Below, one piece after another: positions 28,624 through 37,732 of a DNA stretch of 64,000 bases. Position 1 is the stretch's first letter, and the number at the start of each line of letters is the position of its first letter. Source of the DNA: Candidatus Dojkabacteria bacterium. GTDB lineage: Bacteria > Patescibacteriota > Dojkabacteria > J137. The position numbers were made by a program, and so were the translations under genes. The DNA lies in assembly GCA_025999215.1 (NCBI GenBank), contig AP024679.1, positions 357,645 through 421,644 of the forward strand, read 5' to 3'. The notes beneath the pieces were generated by a model, which was not told where the DNA came from, searched no databases, and worked only from the letters and a program-made list of their open reading frames with translations.

Positions 28624-29163
28624 ATGAAAATAAAACGTGGAAAAGGCGGAAGTGTAGAATTCGCCGGTAAAAAAGTTGTTGCTTTAGCAATGTGGGATGA
28701 TATAGAGAAAGCATTAATTGTGAAAGTCACCTACAATGAAAAAGAAGTAATAATTTCTTCCCCCGGTGAATATGAATACTCTGGACTTGGAATAGTTGCG
28801 ATTGAAGCAACTAGTGATAAATACTCCGGTAAAATAAATCTTGCTAGAATAAGTGTAGATGGAGTGAGTGCATTATTTGTGCCACAAGATTTTTCCGTAT
28901 CCAAGGAAGTGAAAGATTTGATGGGAGTCTGCAATATTTTGGTGGTTAGTAATATTAATCCTGCAAATTTAAAAACTTTAGTTGATAATTTCAATTCAGA
29001 GTTTGTAGTCATTGATGCTCAGAATAATTTAGAAGAGTATTCTAAAGTTCTAAAAAAACAATTTGGGGTTGATAATTTAGTTTCAGAAAGTGTAATATCC
29101 TTAGAAGAAAAAGATTTTGATACTGAAGAAGATACTCCAATTACTTTTGTTCAATTAGCTTAA
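28624..29163 (+). CDS. Hypothetical protein (179 aa), no recognisable family
   Basis: Clean ORF in a coding-dense region just upstream of dnaB, where rplI often sits, but with no L9-like sequence. Confidence 0.4.
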   Translation: MKIKRGKGGSVEFAGKKVVALAMWDDIEKALIVKVTYNEKEVIISSPGEYEYSGLGIVAIEATSDKYSGKINLARISVDGVSALFVPQDFSVSKEVKDLMGVCNILVVSNINPANLKTLVDNFNSEFVVIDAQNNLEEYSKVLKKQFGVDNLVSESVISLEEKDFDTEEDTPITFVQLA

Positions 29164-29166
29164 TTT

Positions 29167-30483
29167 ATGATTGAAAGAATGCCTCCACACAACTTAGAAG
29201 CAGAACAGGCTGTGTTGGGCGCCGTTTTAATAGATAATGAAGTTCTTATTAAAGTGGTGGATCAGCTAGATGAAAAACATTTTTATGAACCCAGAAACAG
29301 AATCATATTCGAGCAAATAAGAGATTTATTTTCCAAAAATTTGGCTGTTGATGTTTTGACTCTATCTGCTTCTCTCAAAAAGAAAAAGAAATTTGAGCAA
29401 GTTGGTGGAAGTAAATACATTGGTGATTTGGCTGCAATAGTTCCTACATCGGCTAACATTGATGATTACATCAAAATTATTAAAGAAAATGCTCACAGGA
29501 GAAGTTTGATATCTTATGCATCAAAGCTAGATGAATTGGCACGACAAGAAGAAAGAGATATAGAAGACATTTTGGATGAATTAGAATCTGATTTATTAGC
29601 AATTACACAATCTAGCATTAAAACAGACTTTTTGGATTCTGAGACTTTACTTGAGATGCAAATGAAACTTGCGGATGAATATGCCAAAAATCCTAATGCT
29701 TTGAGAGGGCATAGTACTGGTCTGAAGTCAGTTGATCATTTATTGGGAGGCTTGCACAAATCTGATTTAATAATTTTGGCAGCTCGTCCGAGTGTAGGAA
29801 AAAGTGCTTTTGCTTTTGATATTGCAAGGCATGTTGCTGTGAATGAAAAGAAAAATGTAGCGATTTTTAGTTTGGAGATGCCGGCTGTTCAGGTTATTAC
29901 AAGAATGTTGGCACAACAGATTGAGGTGAGTTTGTGGAAACTTAGAATGGGTGGACTCAAAGATTATGAATTTAAAAAGTATAACATGGGAGTTGCAAAA
30001 CTTGCTGATGCGGGAATTTATATTGATGATTCAGCAGGGCTCAATATTATGCAACTTAGAAGCAAAGCACGAAAGTTAATGCTTGAAAAAAAATTAGATC
30101 TTATAGTGATTGACTATTTGCAACTTATGCAAGGTCACTCAAGAATTGAAAATAGAACTCAAGAAATTGGTGAAATATCAAGATCATTAAAAATTTTGGC
30201 TAGAGAATTGAATATTCCAATAATTGCATTATCACAGCTAAACCGAGCTGTAGAAAATAGAGGAGAAAGAATTCCTCAACTGTCTGATTTGAGAGAATCA
30301 GGTTCTATAGAGCAAGATGCAGATATAGTAATTTTTTTGAGTAGAGACATAATGTCAGATGAGCAAGAGGATGATTCAGAAAAGAGAGTTGATGTACTTA
30401 TTGCAAAACACAGGAATGGACCAACAGGTAGGGTTGTGATAAAATTCAAAGGAGAATTTCAGAAATTCTACGATAACGAATAA
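29167..30483 (+). CDS. dnaB: Replicative DNA helicase DnaB
   Basis: N-terminal DnaB domain (PPHNLEAEQAVLGAVL), Walker A (AARPSVGKSAFAF), Walker B (LIVIDYLQLM), arginine finger region. Confidence 0.9.
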   Translation: MIERMPPHNLEAEQAVLGAVLIDNEVLIKVVDQLDEKHFYEPRNRIIFEQIRDLFSKNLAVDVLTLSASLKKKKKFEQVGGSKYIGDLAAIVPTSANIDDYIKIIKENAHRRSLISYASKLDELARQEERDIEDILDELESDLLAITQSSIKTDFLDSETLLEMQMKLADEYAKNPNALRGHSTGLKSVDHLLGGLHKSDLIILAARPSVGKSAFAFDIARHVAVNEKKNVAIFSLEMPAVQVITRMLAQQIEVSLWKLRMGGLKDYEFKKYNMGVAKLADAGIYIDDSAGLNIMQLRSKARKLMLEKKLDLIVIDYLQLMQGHSRIENRTQEIGEISRSLKILARELNIPIIALSQLNRAVENRGERIPQLSDLRESGSIEQDADIVIFLSRDIMSDEQEDDSEKRVDVLIAKHRNGPTGRVVIKFKGEFQKFYDNE

Positions 30484-30484
30484 T

Positions 30485-30573
30485 GCCGGAGTGGTGGAAT
30501 TGGTAGACACGTCGGACTCAAAATCCGATGAAGGTTAAACTTCGTGTGGGTTCGAGTCCCACCTCCGGTACCA
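30485..30573 (+). tRNA. tRNA-Leu (anticodon CAA), class II, CCA encoded
   Basis: Anticodon stem-loop TCGGA-CTCAAAA-TCCGA, long variable arm, T-arm GTGGGTTCGAGTCCCAC, 3' ACCA. Confidence 0.8.
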
Positions 30574-30997
30574 GTATTTATAAAAATTTGATTGTAAATT
30601 ATTTGTTTTGGTGCTGTTTTTTAATTTAAAGTTCAGTCTTTTTGGTTAATAATATTTTTCGAATACTTCATATCAAACTAAAGTTTAAGTTGATTTAATA
30701 TTTCACTAATTTTTTTTATTTAAAAGATTTTGTAGAATTTTTAAAGTCTTAGCTTCGAGATAATTGAACCTAAATTTATAATTTTTATTTTTTATATTTT
30801 TAAGGTAATATTTTTTTATAGAAAATTTAGCTCGTGTGATTAGAGTAATTGTTTTTCAATTTTAAACTTATTAATAAACAAAGAACCTAAATCCATAAAA
30901 AGAACTTCTAAATTTTAAAATCGAAAATAATAATGTAGTATGCTATAACTTAAGAGTTAATTTAATAGAAAAATAGTTTATTTCATTGTAAAATTCG

Positions 30998-31708
30998 TTG
31001 ATTATATATTTTCAAATGATTAATTTAATTCTTCAAATAGCAGAGTCTGAGATAAATTATAGAAGCCTACTTCTTTATATTTTTGTATATTTGGGTGTTT
31101 TGTGGTTTATGTTTTCAGCTTGGGTTTTTGTTGATGCTCAAAAAAAATTTAAAAACCCATTTCTTTCTTTATTTTTTGCAATTATAGTTTTTTTACTAAA
31201 TTTTCCTGCATTAATTTTTTATTTGATAGTAAGACCTGAGAATGAAAACGAAGTATTGGTTTTGGACTCCGCTAGCAATAATAATTCTGGTATCAATATA
31301 CCAATAATAAATTTAAAAAATGGAGAAGAGACAGTTTTGACATTTGAAGTTAAGCTCAATCAACAAGCTTTAAAACCAAACTTGGTTGTTAATGTTGATG
31401 TAGATGATAGCTTAGATGCACAAAGTGAAGTGGTAGCTGAACAAAATATTGAAAATATTTCACAGAATGAAATTAACCAAAAAGCAAATGTTAATATTCA
31501 AAAATATTTTGAAAAATTCATTTTAAAATCTAAAGCGGTATTTTCCAATATTCAAAACTATGCTCAAAAAATTGAGAAGGTTGATAATTCTGATAACAAT
31601 GATTCAAAACAAAGTTTACAGCAAACTGATTCTAAAGCTTCCAAGGTAAAACAAAATATCAAATCTAAGAAATCTCAAAAGAGAAAATCAAGAAGTAAAA
31701 GGCGATGA
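30998..31708 (+). CDS. Hypothetical membrane protein with low-complexity N/Q/K/S-rich tail
   Basis: Two N-terminal TM helices followed by a compositionally biased region; preceded by a 424 bp AT-rich intergenic region downstream of tRNA-Leu. Confidence 0.4.
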   Translation: MIIYFQMINLILQIAESEINYRSLLLYIFVYLGVLWFMFSAWVFVDAQKKFKNPFLSLFFAIIVFLLNFPALIFYLIVRPENENEVLVLDSASNNNSGINIPIINLKNGEETVLTFEVKLNQQALKPNLVVNVDVDDSLDAQSEVVAEQNIENISQNEINQKANVNIQKYFEKFILKSKAVFSNIQNYAQKIEKVDNSDNNDSKQSLQQTDSKASKVKQNIKSKKSQKRKSRSKRR

Positions 31709-33031
31709 GAAAACAGGCCTCTAAATCAAAACTTAAAAATATAAGCATATTTTACCAAAAATATTCGCCCATATTGAAGCTAAAAAAGTGGAGGAGAAAC
31801 AAATTGATTGAGAAAAAAAGTAATTCTAAAAAAAATGTTGTTTCTAGATTTAAAAATAGATTTAGATATTCTGTTTCTATAGCTATAATAGCTATGTTAG
31901 CTATATTAGCTATTTATTATCATCTTAATACTTACTTTAAAATCAAGCCTATACCTTTCGAAAATCAAAAAACTCAATCTAGTTTTACTTTTCCTTATTA
32001 CAACGTTGTTTTTTTATGGTTTGATGAAGAAAATGAAAAATATTTTGCGGATGGAGTGGTCGTGGTTTCGATTAACGCTAGTGATGAAACAGTTAAGATC
32101 CTTGGGATAAACTCAGATTTTATAATCAACTATCAACCTTTAAAACAAAGTTTTACCTCTAAAAACTCTTATATAATCAAATCAATACTCAAGATAGCTT
32201 AATTAAATATATTAGGGAGTTAGAAAGTTTTACAGGTTTGAGAATTGATAGATATGTAATAATTACAAAATCAAATGCCAAAAATTTAATTGCTCAAAAT
32301 TTATTAGAAGTGAAACATTGATGTGGAGGTGGAAGTTAATGGAAAAGTCTTTTACAAAAGGATCAAAACTTAATGCAAATGATGCTTTAGAATATATTTT
32401 TGAAGTGAAAAGTGGATCTGATAGAAATAAAATAATTACAAACATTACTACAAATTTTCTGAGTAGTAAAAAAGGGCTTTTGGATTTATATTTTTTATTT
32501 TGGGATGCTCCAGAGTTAACTCGAAATTTGTACACTGACATGAACCGTGATGAATTTTTTACTTTTTTTGATTTGCTCAGAGGAAAAAGGGAAAGTAAAC
32601 CTTTATTGTTAGGTGATAATGTGGGAATTCCAGCATCAACAGGGCTGGAAGATGGTATTGCTAAAAACTCGATAGCTTTTGAAGAAGCTTTGCGAGAATA
32701 TTTGCAAAGCCTTTCAATATTGACGGAACAAGCTCAAGTTGAGATTTACAATGCTACAAAAGAAAGTGGTATCGCTGGAAATTTATCAAAACAAATCTCA
32801 TCTTATGGAGTTAACGTGGTTAAAGTAGGAAATTTTTCTGAGGAGCGTTTTTATACTCAAATATTACTTTTTTCAGAAGATGAAAGTGTTTTTCCAAATA
32901 CCCTTTCGATAATTAGTAAAGCGGTTAAACTTGCTGACTTTGAATTTGAAATTAGAGATCCAGAGGAATCTGGAAATTTTACTGGTGATATTGTTATAAT
33001 TTTGGGACAAGATTATGTTGATAGTTTATAA
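31705..33031 (+). pseudogene. LytR-CpsA-Psr (LCP) family protein gene disrupted by two frameshifts (three reading frames)
   Basis: ORF 31705..32202 (N-terminal TM plus start of the LCP domain), a frame-0 stretch at 32202..32317 encoding IKYIRELESFTGLRIDRYVIITKSNAKNLIAQNLL (LCP block: ..kltGvkIdhYv.v.f..f), and ORF 32318..33031 together reconstruct one LCP protein. Confidence 0.45.
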
Positions 33032-33049
33032 TTTTTAATTTTGTAGAAA

Positions 33050-33727
33050 ATGGCAGGGCATTCCAAATGGGCAAATATTAAGCATACAAAAAGTTTAATG
33101 GATAAAAAGAGAGGTAAACTTTTTAGTAAATTATCTCGTGATATCTCTGTAGCTGTGAAATTGTCGGGTAGTGAAAATAGCGCACTTGCAAAACTTGCAA
33201 TTGAAAAAGCTAAAGCTGCCAATATGCCAAAAGACAAAATTATGGTGGCAATTGACAGAGGTTTAGGAAGAGGTAAAGACACGGAAGTTTTGTATGAGAA
33301 TACTTATGAAGCGTATGCTCCAGGCAATGTTGCATGTTTAATTGATACTCAAACTGATAACCCCAATAGAACATTGACTGAGATTAAAACCATTGTTAAT
33401 AAATCAGGTGGAAAATTTTTGTCTTCGGGCTCAGTAAGTTGGATGTTTGATGAGGTTGGTAGAATAATAGTTGATGCATCAAAATTGAAAGATACTGAAG
33501 CATTCACTTTAAGTATTATGGAAGCTGAGGGATTGCTAGATGTTTCAATTCAGAATGATCAGGTTGAAATAATCACTGAAAAAGAAAAACTTAATTCTAT
33601 TCAAGAGTTAATTTTAAATAATTATCCAGAGACCGAATTTAAAGAGGTTGAAATAATCAAAAAACCCAAAAAAGAAAATGTGTTAATTCGGACAGAGATT
33701 TGTCCGAATTCTTGTCCGAATTATTAG
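33050..33727 (+). CDS. yebC: YebC/PmpR-family transcriptional regulator
   Basis: MAGHSKWANIKH..K...D.KR.K.F.KL.R.I is the canonical YebC N-terminus. The last about 13 codons (IRTEICPNSCPNY) are encoded by the TTCGGACA/TGTCCGAA repeat hairpin. Confidence 0.85.
   Translation: MAGHSKWANIKHTKSLMDKKRGKLFSKLSRDISVAVKLSGSENSALAKLAIEKAKAANMPKDKIMVAIDRGLGRGKDTEVLYENTYEAYAPGNVACLIDTQTDNPNRTLTEIKTIVNKSGGKFLSSGSVSWMFDEVGRIIVDASKLKDTEAFTLSIMEAEGLLDVSIQNDQVEIITEKEKLNSIQELILNNYPETEFKEVEIIKKPKKENVLIRTEICPNSCPNY
33686..33721. repeat. TTCGGACA / TGTCCGAA motif cluster forming a 9-bp-stem hairpin (attcggaca-gagatt-tgtccgaat) plus a third copy
   Basis: Read directly from the sequence at the 3' end of yebC: one forward and two reverse copies of the 8-mer. 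Confidence 0.55.
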
Positions 33728-33760
33728 ATCATGATGATGTAGTATCCGTTTGGACTAATC

Positions 33761-34266
33761 ATGTATGAACAAATTATTTTAGGTGTTGATGTAGGTTTTG
33801 CAATTACTGGATGGGCGATACTAGAGTCATCCTCAAAAATTAATCTTCTTGATTATGGCGCAATAACTACTAAATCAAAGCTATCTATAGATGAGATTGG
33901 TTAAATTATTTATTCGATGGAATTGTTGAAGTAATAAATACTTATAAACCTACAGACATGGCTGTTGAGTCGATTTTTTATTTTAAAAACCAAAAAACTG
34001 TTATAGATGTGGGCCAGGCTAGAGGAGTAATATTATTAGCTGGATGTCAGAATAACTTGAATATATCTCACTACACTCCGCTTCAGGTTAAAATGTCAAT
34101 AACGGGATATGGTAGAGCATCAAAAGAGCAAATGCAACAAATGGTTAAATCTATCTTTGGTTTAAAAGAAATTCCCAAGCCGGATGATGTGGCAGATGCA
34201 ATCGCTGTTGCTTATTGTCATAGTTCATCAAGTAAATTTTATTCCAATTTGAATACCAAAACATAA
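33761..34266 (+). pseudogene. ruvC: Holliday junction resolvase RuvC with an apparent 1-nt deletion frameshift near 33896-33904
   Basis: N-terminal 47 codons (MYEQIILGVDVGFAITGWAILE...KLSIDEIG*) hit a stop at 33902-33904. The +2 frame continues LNYLFDGIVEVINTYKPTDMAVESIFYFKNQKTVIDVGQARG... to 34266. Both parts have RuvC motifs (GiDpG..tG; catalytic region D.ADA.A.A..H). Confidence 0.7.
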
Positions 34267-34292
34267 TTATTTTTTAGTGTTATAATGATTTA

Positions 34293-34805
34293 ATGATAAA
34301 GTTATTAAGCGGGCGAGTAGTCTCTCAAAAAAATGGAGCAACGATAATCCAAACCAATGATGGGGTAGGTTGGGATGTAAAAACTGGTAGTATTGTTTTG
34401 GAAGTAGGTCAGCAGGCTGAACTTTATATTTTTACACAATTTAGAGAATACGAAATATCATTGTGGGGCTTTTTGAGTTTGAATGATTTAGAAATGTTTG
34501 AACTTTTGATTTCTGTAAATGGAGTCGGAGCAAGGATTGCGCATAGTATGGTAACTGAATTGGGGAGAGATCTGATAATCAAAGCAATTAGTTTAAATGA
34601 TGCAAATTCTCTTAAAATATCGGGTGTTGGTCTTAAGACTGCTCAAAAAATAATTTTTGCTCTTAAAGAAAAAATTACTGATCAAGATTTTGCGGTAGAT
34701 GAAAGTCAATTAAATTTAAATCAAAATTTCAAAGAAGCACTTGATGCCCTAGAGGGCTTGGGGTATAACAAAGTTCAAGTTAGTAAAATTTTAAAGGACA
34801 TATAA
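34293..34805 (+). CDS. ruvA: Holliday junction DNA helicase RuvA (short form)
   Basis: OB-fold N-terminus (MIKLLSGRVV...) and HhH pairs (LISVNGVGARIAHSMV; ISGVGLKTAQKII). Confidence 0.8.
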   Translation: MIKLLSGRVVSQKNGATIIQTNDGVGWDVKTGSIVLEVGQQAELYIFTQFREYEISLWGFLSLNDLEMFELLISVNGVGARIAHSMVTELGRDLIIKAISLNDANSLKISGVGLKTAQKIIFALKEKITDQDFAVDESQLNLNQNFKEALDALEGLGYNKVQVSKILKDI

Positions 34806-34890
34806 CGGAGAGTTTTCTAATTTGAGTACTGAAGAGTTGGTTAAGCTAGCTTTAAAAAACTTAAAATAATATTTTTTAAAAATTTTAAAA

Positions 34891-35841
34891 TTGAACAGTA
34901 GATTTGTTTCATCTTCTCTGAAAAATGAAAACGAGGAGAGATTTGAGCAATCTCTTAGGCCTAAAACTTTTGATGAAGTTATTGGTCGAGAAGCTGAAAA
35001 ACAAAGTTTAAGCATAATGATTGAATCTGCCAAAAAAAGAGGAAAAGCTCTAGATCATATTATGTTTCATGGCCCACCTGGGTTGGGAAAAACAACTTTA
35101 TCTTACGTAGTTGCGTCCGAAATGAACGTACCAATACATATTACAAGTGGCTCGGCTATTGAAAAAACAGGAGATTTGGCGGCCATTTTGACATCACTTG
35201 AACCCAATTCAATTTTATTTATTGATGAAATACATAGACTTAAAAGAACAATTGAGGAGATTCTTTATCCGGCAATGGAAGATAATGTTTTGGACATTGT
35301 TATTGGTAAGGGTCCAAGCGCAAAAACTCTACGTTTAGAGCTTAATCAATTTACAATCATCGGTGCAACCACGAAACTTTCAATGATTAGCGCGCCGCTT
35401 AGAGATAGATTTGGAATGCATTTTAGACTAGATTTTTATTCTGACGATGAGTTGACCTTACTGGTACAGCAAAAAGCAAGGTTACTTGGTATAGAGATTG
35501 ACGATGAAGCTTCTCTTAAAATTGCTCAAAGGAGTAGAATGACAGCGCGAATAGCTATTAGAATTTTGAAAAGAGTTTTTGATTTGGCGGTGGTGAAAGG
35601 TGAGAAAATAATTAATCCTTATCTTGTTGAAGAAACACTTTCTATGATGGGAGTTGATGAAAACGGTTTAGATGAATTGGATAGAGCAATACTAAGATCT
35701 ATTTTGAAAAATTTTAACAATCGCCCTGTTGGTTTGAATACACTAGCAGCGTCTTTATCAGAAGAGCCAGAAACTATAGAATTGGTTTATGAACCTTTTT
35801 TAATTAAAAAAGGGTTTGATACAAAGAACTATGAGGGGTAG
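34891..35841 (+). CDS. ruvB: Holliday junction DNA helicase RuvB
   Basis: LRPKTFDEVIGRE, Walker A GPPGLGKTT, Walker B LFIDEIHRL, sensor and winged-helix C-terminus. The start is probably a TTG/GTG. Confidence 0.9.
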   Translation: MNSRFVSSSLKNENEERFEQSLRPKTFDEVIGREAEKQSLSIMIESAKKRGKALDHIMFHGPPGLGKTTLSYVVASEMNVPIHITSGSAIEKTGDLAAILTSLEPNSILFIDEIHRLKRTIEEILYPAMEDNVLDIVIGKGPSAKTLRLELNQFTIIGATTKLSMISAPLRDRFGMHFRLDFYSDDELTLLVQQKARLLGIEIDDEASLKIAQRSRMTARIAIRILKRVFDLAVVKGEKIINPYLVEETLSMMGVDENGLDELDRAILRSILKNFNNRPVGLNTLAASLSEEPETIELVYEPFLIKKGFDTKNYEG

Positions 35842-37732
35842 AATTGCTACAGATTTAGCTCAAAAACTTTATGGAGATAAATTGTAAAATTTTATATTTA
35901 AATGAAATTTAATTTTAAAAAACTAACAGTTAGACAAAAAGTAACAATATCTTCTTTTTTTTATCTTTGCTTATTTTTTTCTTGATTAGTCCACTGGGTA
36001 GGTATTTTGGTAAGTTTAGTAACTCCACCAAAGACTGTAAAAAATATTTTTATATTATCAAAAAATAATGAAATAGAAATTAGTTATCTCTCAAAATAAA
36101 GAAGTTGATTTCAGTGCATACATAATTACATTAAAAAGAGAAGGAACTGTTGAAAAAGAAATTATAACTCAAGAAACAAGAGTTCTTATTTCGGACATTT
36201 CGGACAGTGTAGAGTATGATCTGGAGATAAAAAGTAAAGATAAATTTGGGCTTGAATCTAGTACTGTTGCTACTAAAGTTACGCCTAGTTTTGACTTGAT
36301 TCTCAAACATTAAATTCTTTTGATAGAAATGATACTTTTGATTTTTACTTGATAGTAATGTTTTGATTGTGGTTGTTGTTGGTTCTATATTTTCATTCTG
36401 GATAGTTGGATTTAATCAAAATAAACAGTTGCTTTTACTATAATTTTATTTCCTATGTGCTTGAATGCCTATTTTACTTTTTATTAAGTTCTGTCAGTTT
36501 TTATATTAATCACATATTGATAATAAGTTTTATTTTTCAATTTGTCTAGTGTAGGGTTGTTTTTGTATTTTATTTTTTGTTTTTGACTATGAATATTTTG
36601 TTTAATGCTCACTTTAGATCAATACCCTTGAACAAGCTGCAAAAGCGTCTCAATTTATTTTTATATTGATATCAACATATATTTTGTTAATTTATGCTTT
36701 TGGTTCAAATGTTAATTTTATTTTTAAAATAGGTTGAGTTTCTCTAATGATATTTTATTTTTCATATGTTTCAATGTGGACTTTGAAAGAATCTCAACAG
36801 AGCAAATACAATTAGAAGCTTGGTGATGGTTATGATTATGGTAATGTCTGTGGTTGATATTTTCTATTTGGCCAGTTAATTATATTTATGCAATGCTTAT
36901 CAAGCGCAATTATTTTTTATATTATGTTGAGTATTAGCTTGGAAGTTAGGACTTTTTAGGTAGGTATGTGTGGCTGGAATACGGAATCTTAGTTTTACTA
37001 ACTACTTTCTACTTTTATTTACAGTAGTTGGGGATAATGGAAGTTTATAATGTTAATATTCATAGTTTAATTAATTTAATAAATAGAAGATTTAATAACC
37101 ACTTTCATAATTACTAGAGTAGTGTAGCTTAATTTCTATTTGATTTTACTTTATAAGTTTTTTTAATTTCAAATTAATTCTTTTCGATTTTTTAAATAAT
37201 TAAAAATATTCTAAAAAAATCGTAAGAGTAGTATATCAATTGTGGATAACTGTAAGTATAGTTACTGAGTATAATGTATCTTATATTTAGTAAAATGGTG
37301 GAAAAACAGAATAGTAATATGCAACTAATTTAATTATTTTTTTTCTTCATATTTTATAATTCTTTTTATATTAATAACGTTGTTAATTTTTTAACTTCAA
37401 CTTTTTTTTTAGCGACTTTTAACTTTTATCTTTTATTCTTTTATTCTCTAATTTTAACTTTTAATTTTTTTTTGTTTTTACTATGTTTCATAAAGGATTT
37501 AAAACTAATTTTGACTAATTTTTAATCTTGAAGTTTTGAACTTGAAAATCTTTATTATTTTTAGATGAGTAAAATATCAGTTTTAAAAAAACAGGCCTTA
37601 AATCGCATCTGAGCGCTTCGTTTGTGGATAGTTTTACTAGCAATGGTTTTAGGGCTTTATGTAAAATAATTGCTAATTTACTAAATTTAAATTTGTTAGT
37701 TTTTTTTTATATTTTATCTTTAACTAAAAACT
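35842..37732. other. 1.9 kb ORF-free AT-rich region between convergent ruvB and gyrA, with a gene remnant and DnaA-box-like 9-mers
   Basis: No ORF of 60 aa or more on any frame. Contains a stop-initiated 77-codon coding-like remnant (36080-36312), the tandem repeat tttcggaca-tttcggaca (36189-36206), TGTGGATAA at 37241-37249 and TGTGGATAG at 37623-37631, long poly-T tracts and strong T-over-A strand skew. Confidence 0.5.
36189..36206. repeat. Direct tandem duplication tttcggaca-tttcggaca
   Basis: Read directly from the sequence. Confidence 0.55.

Noticed and set aside
28624-29163. Hypothetical protein upstream of dnaB considered as a divergent ribosomal protein L9 (rplI normally precedes dnaB)
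   Set aside because: No similarity to the conserved L9 N-domain (MKVILLKDV..LGK.G..V.V..GYARNFL); left as hypothetical.
30574-30997. 424-bp AT-rich spacer after tRNA-Leu inspected for integrase, direct repeats of the tRNA 3' end, or CRISPR-like repeats
   Set aside because: No att-like duplication of the tRNA 3' end, no integrase or transposase nearby and no regularly spaced repeats. Most likely a promoter or UTR region for the downstream membrane-protein genes.
35262-35274. 13-mer tttatccggcaat shared by ruvB (35262) and pilC (47303), considered as another repeat family
   Set aside because: Both encode Tyr-Pro-Ala-Met/Ile in unrelated proteins. Two copies only, with no tandem or inverted arrangement, so this is most likely a coincidence.
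37241-37249. A perfect DnaA box used to call oriC in the ruvB-gyrA gap
   Set aside because: The same perfect 9-mer also occurs inside ppiB (12264-12272). Two boxes in an AT-rich genome are near chance expectation, and no dnaA/dnaN is adjacent. It is kept only as a low-confidence part of a finding.
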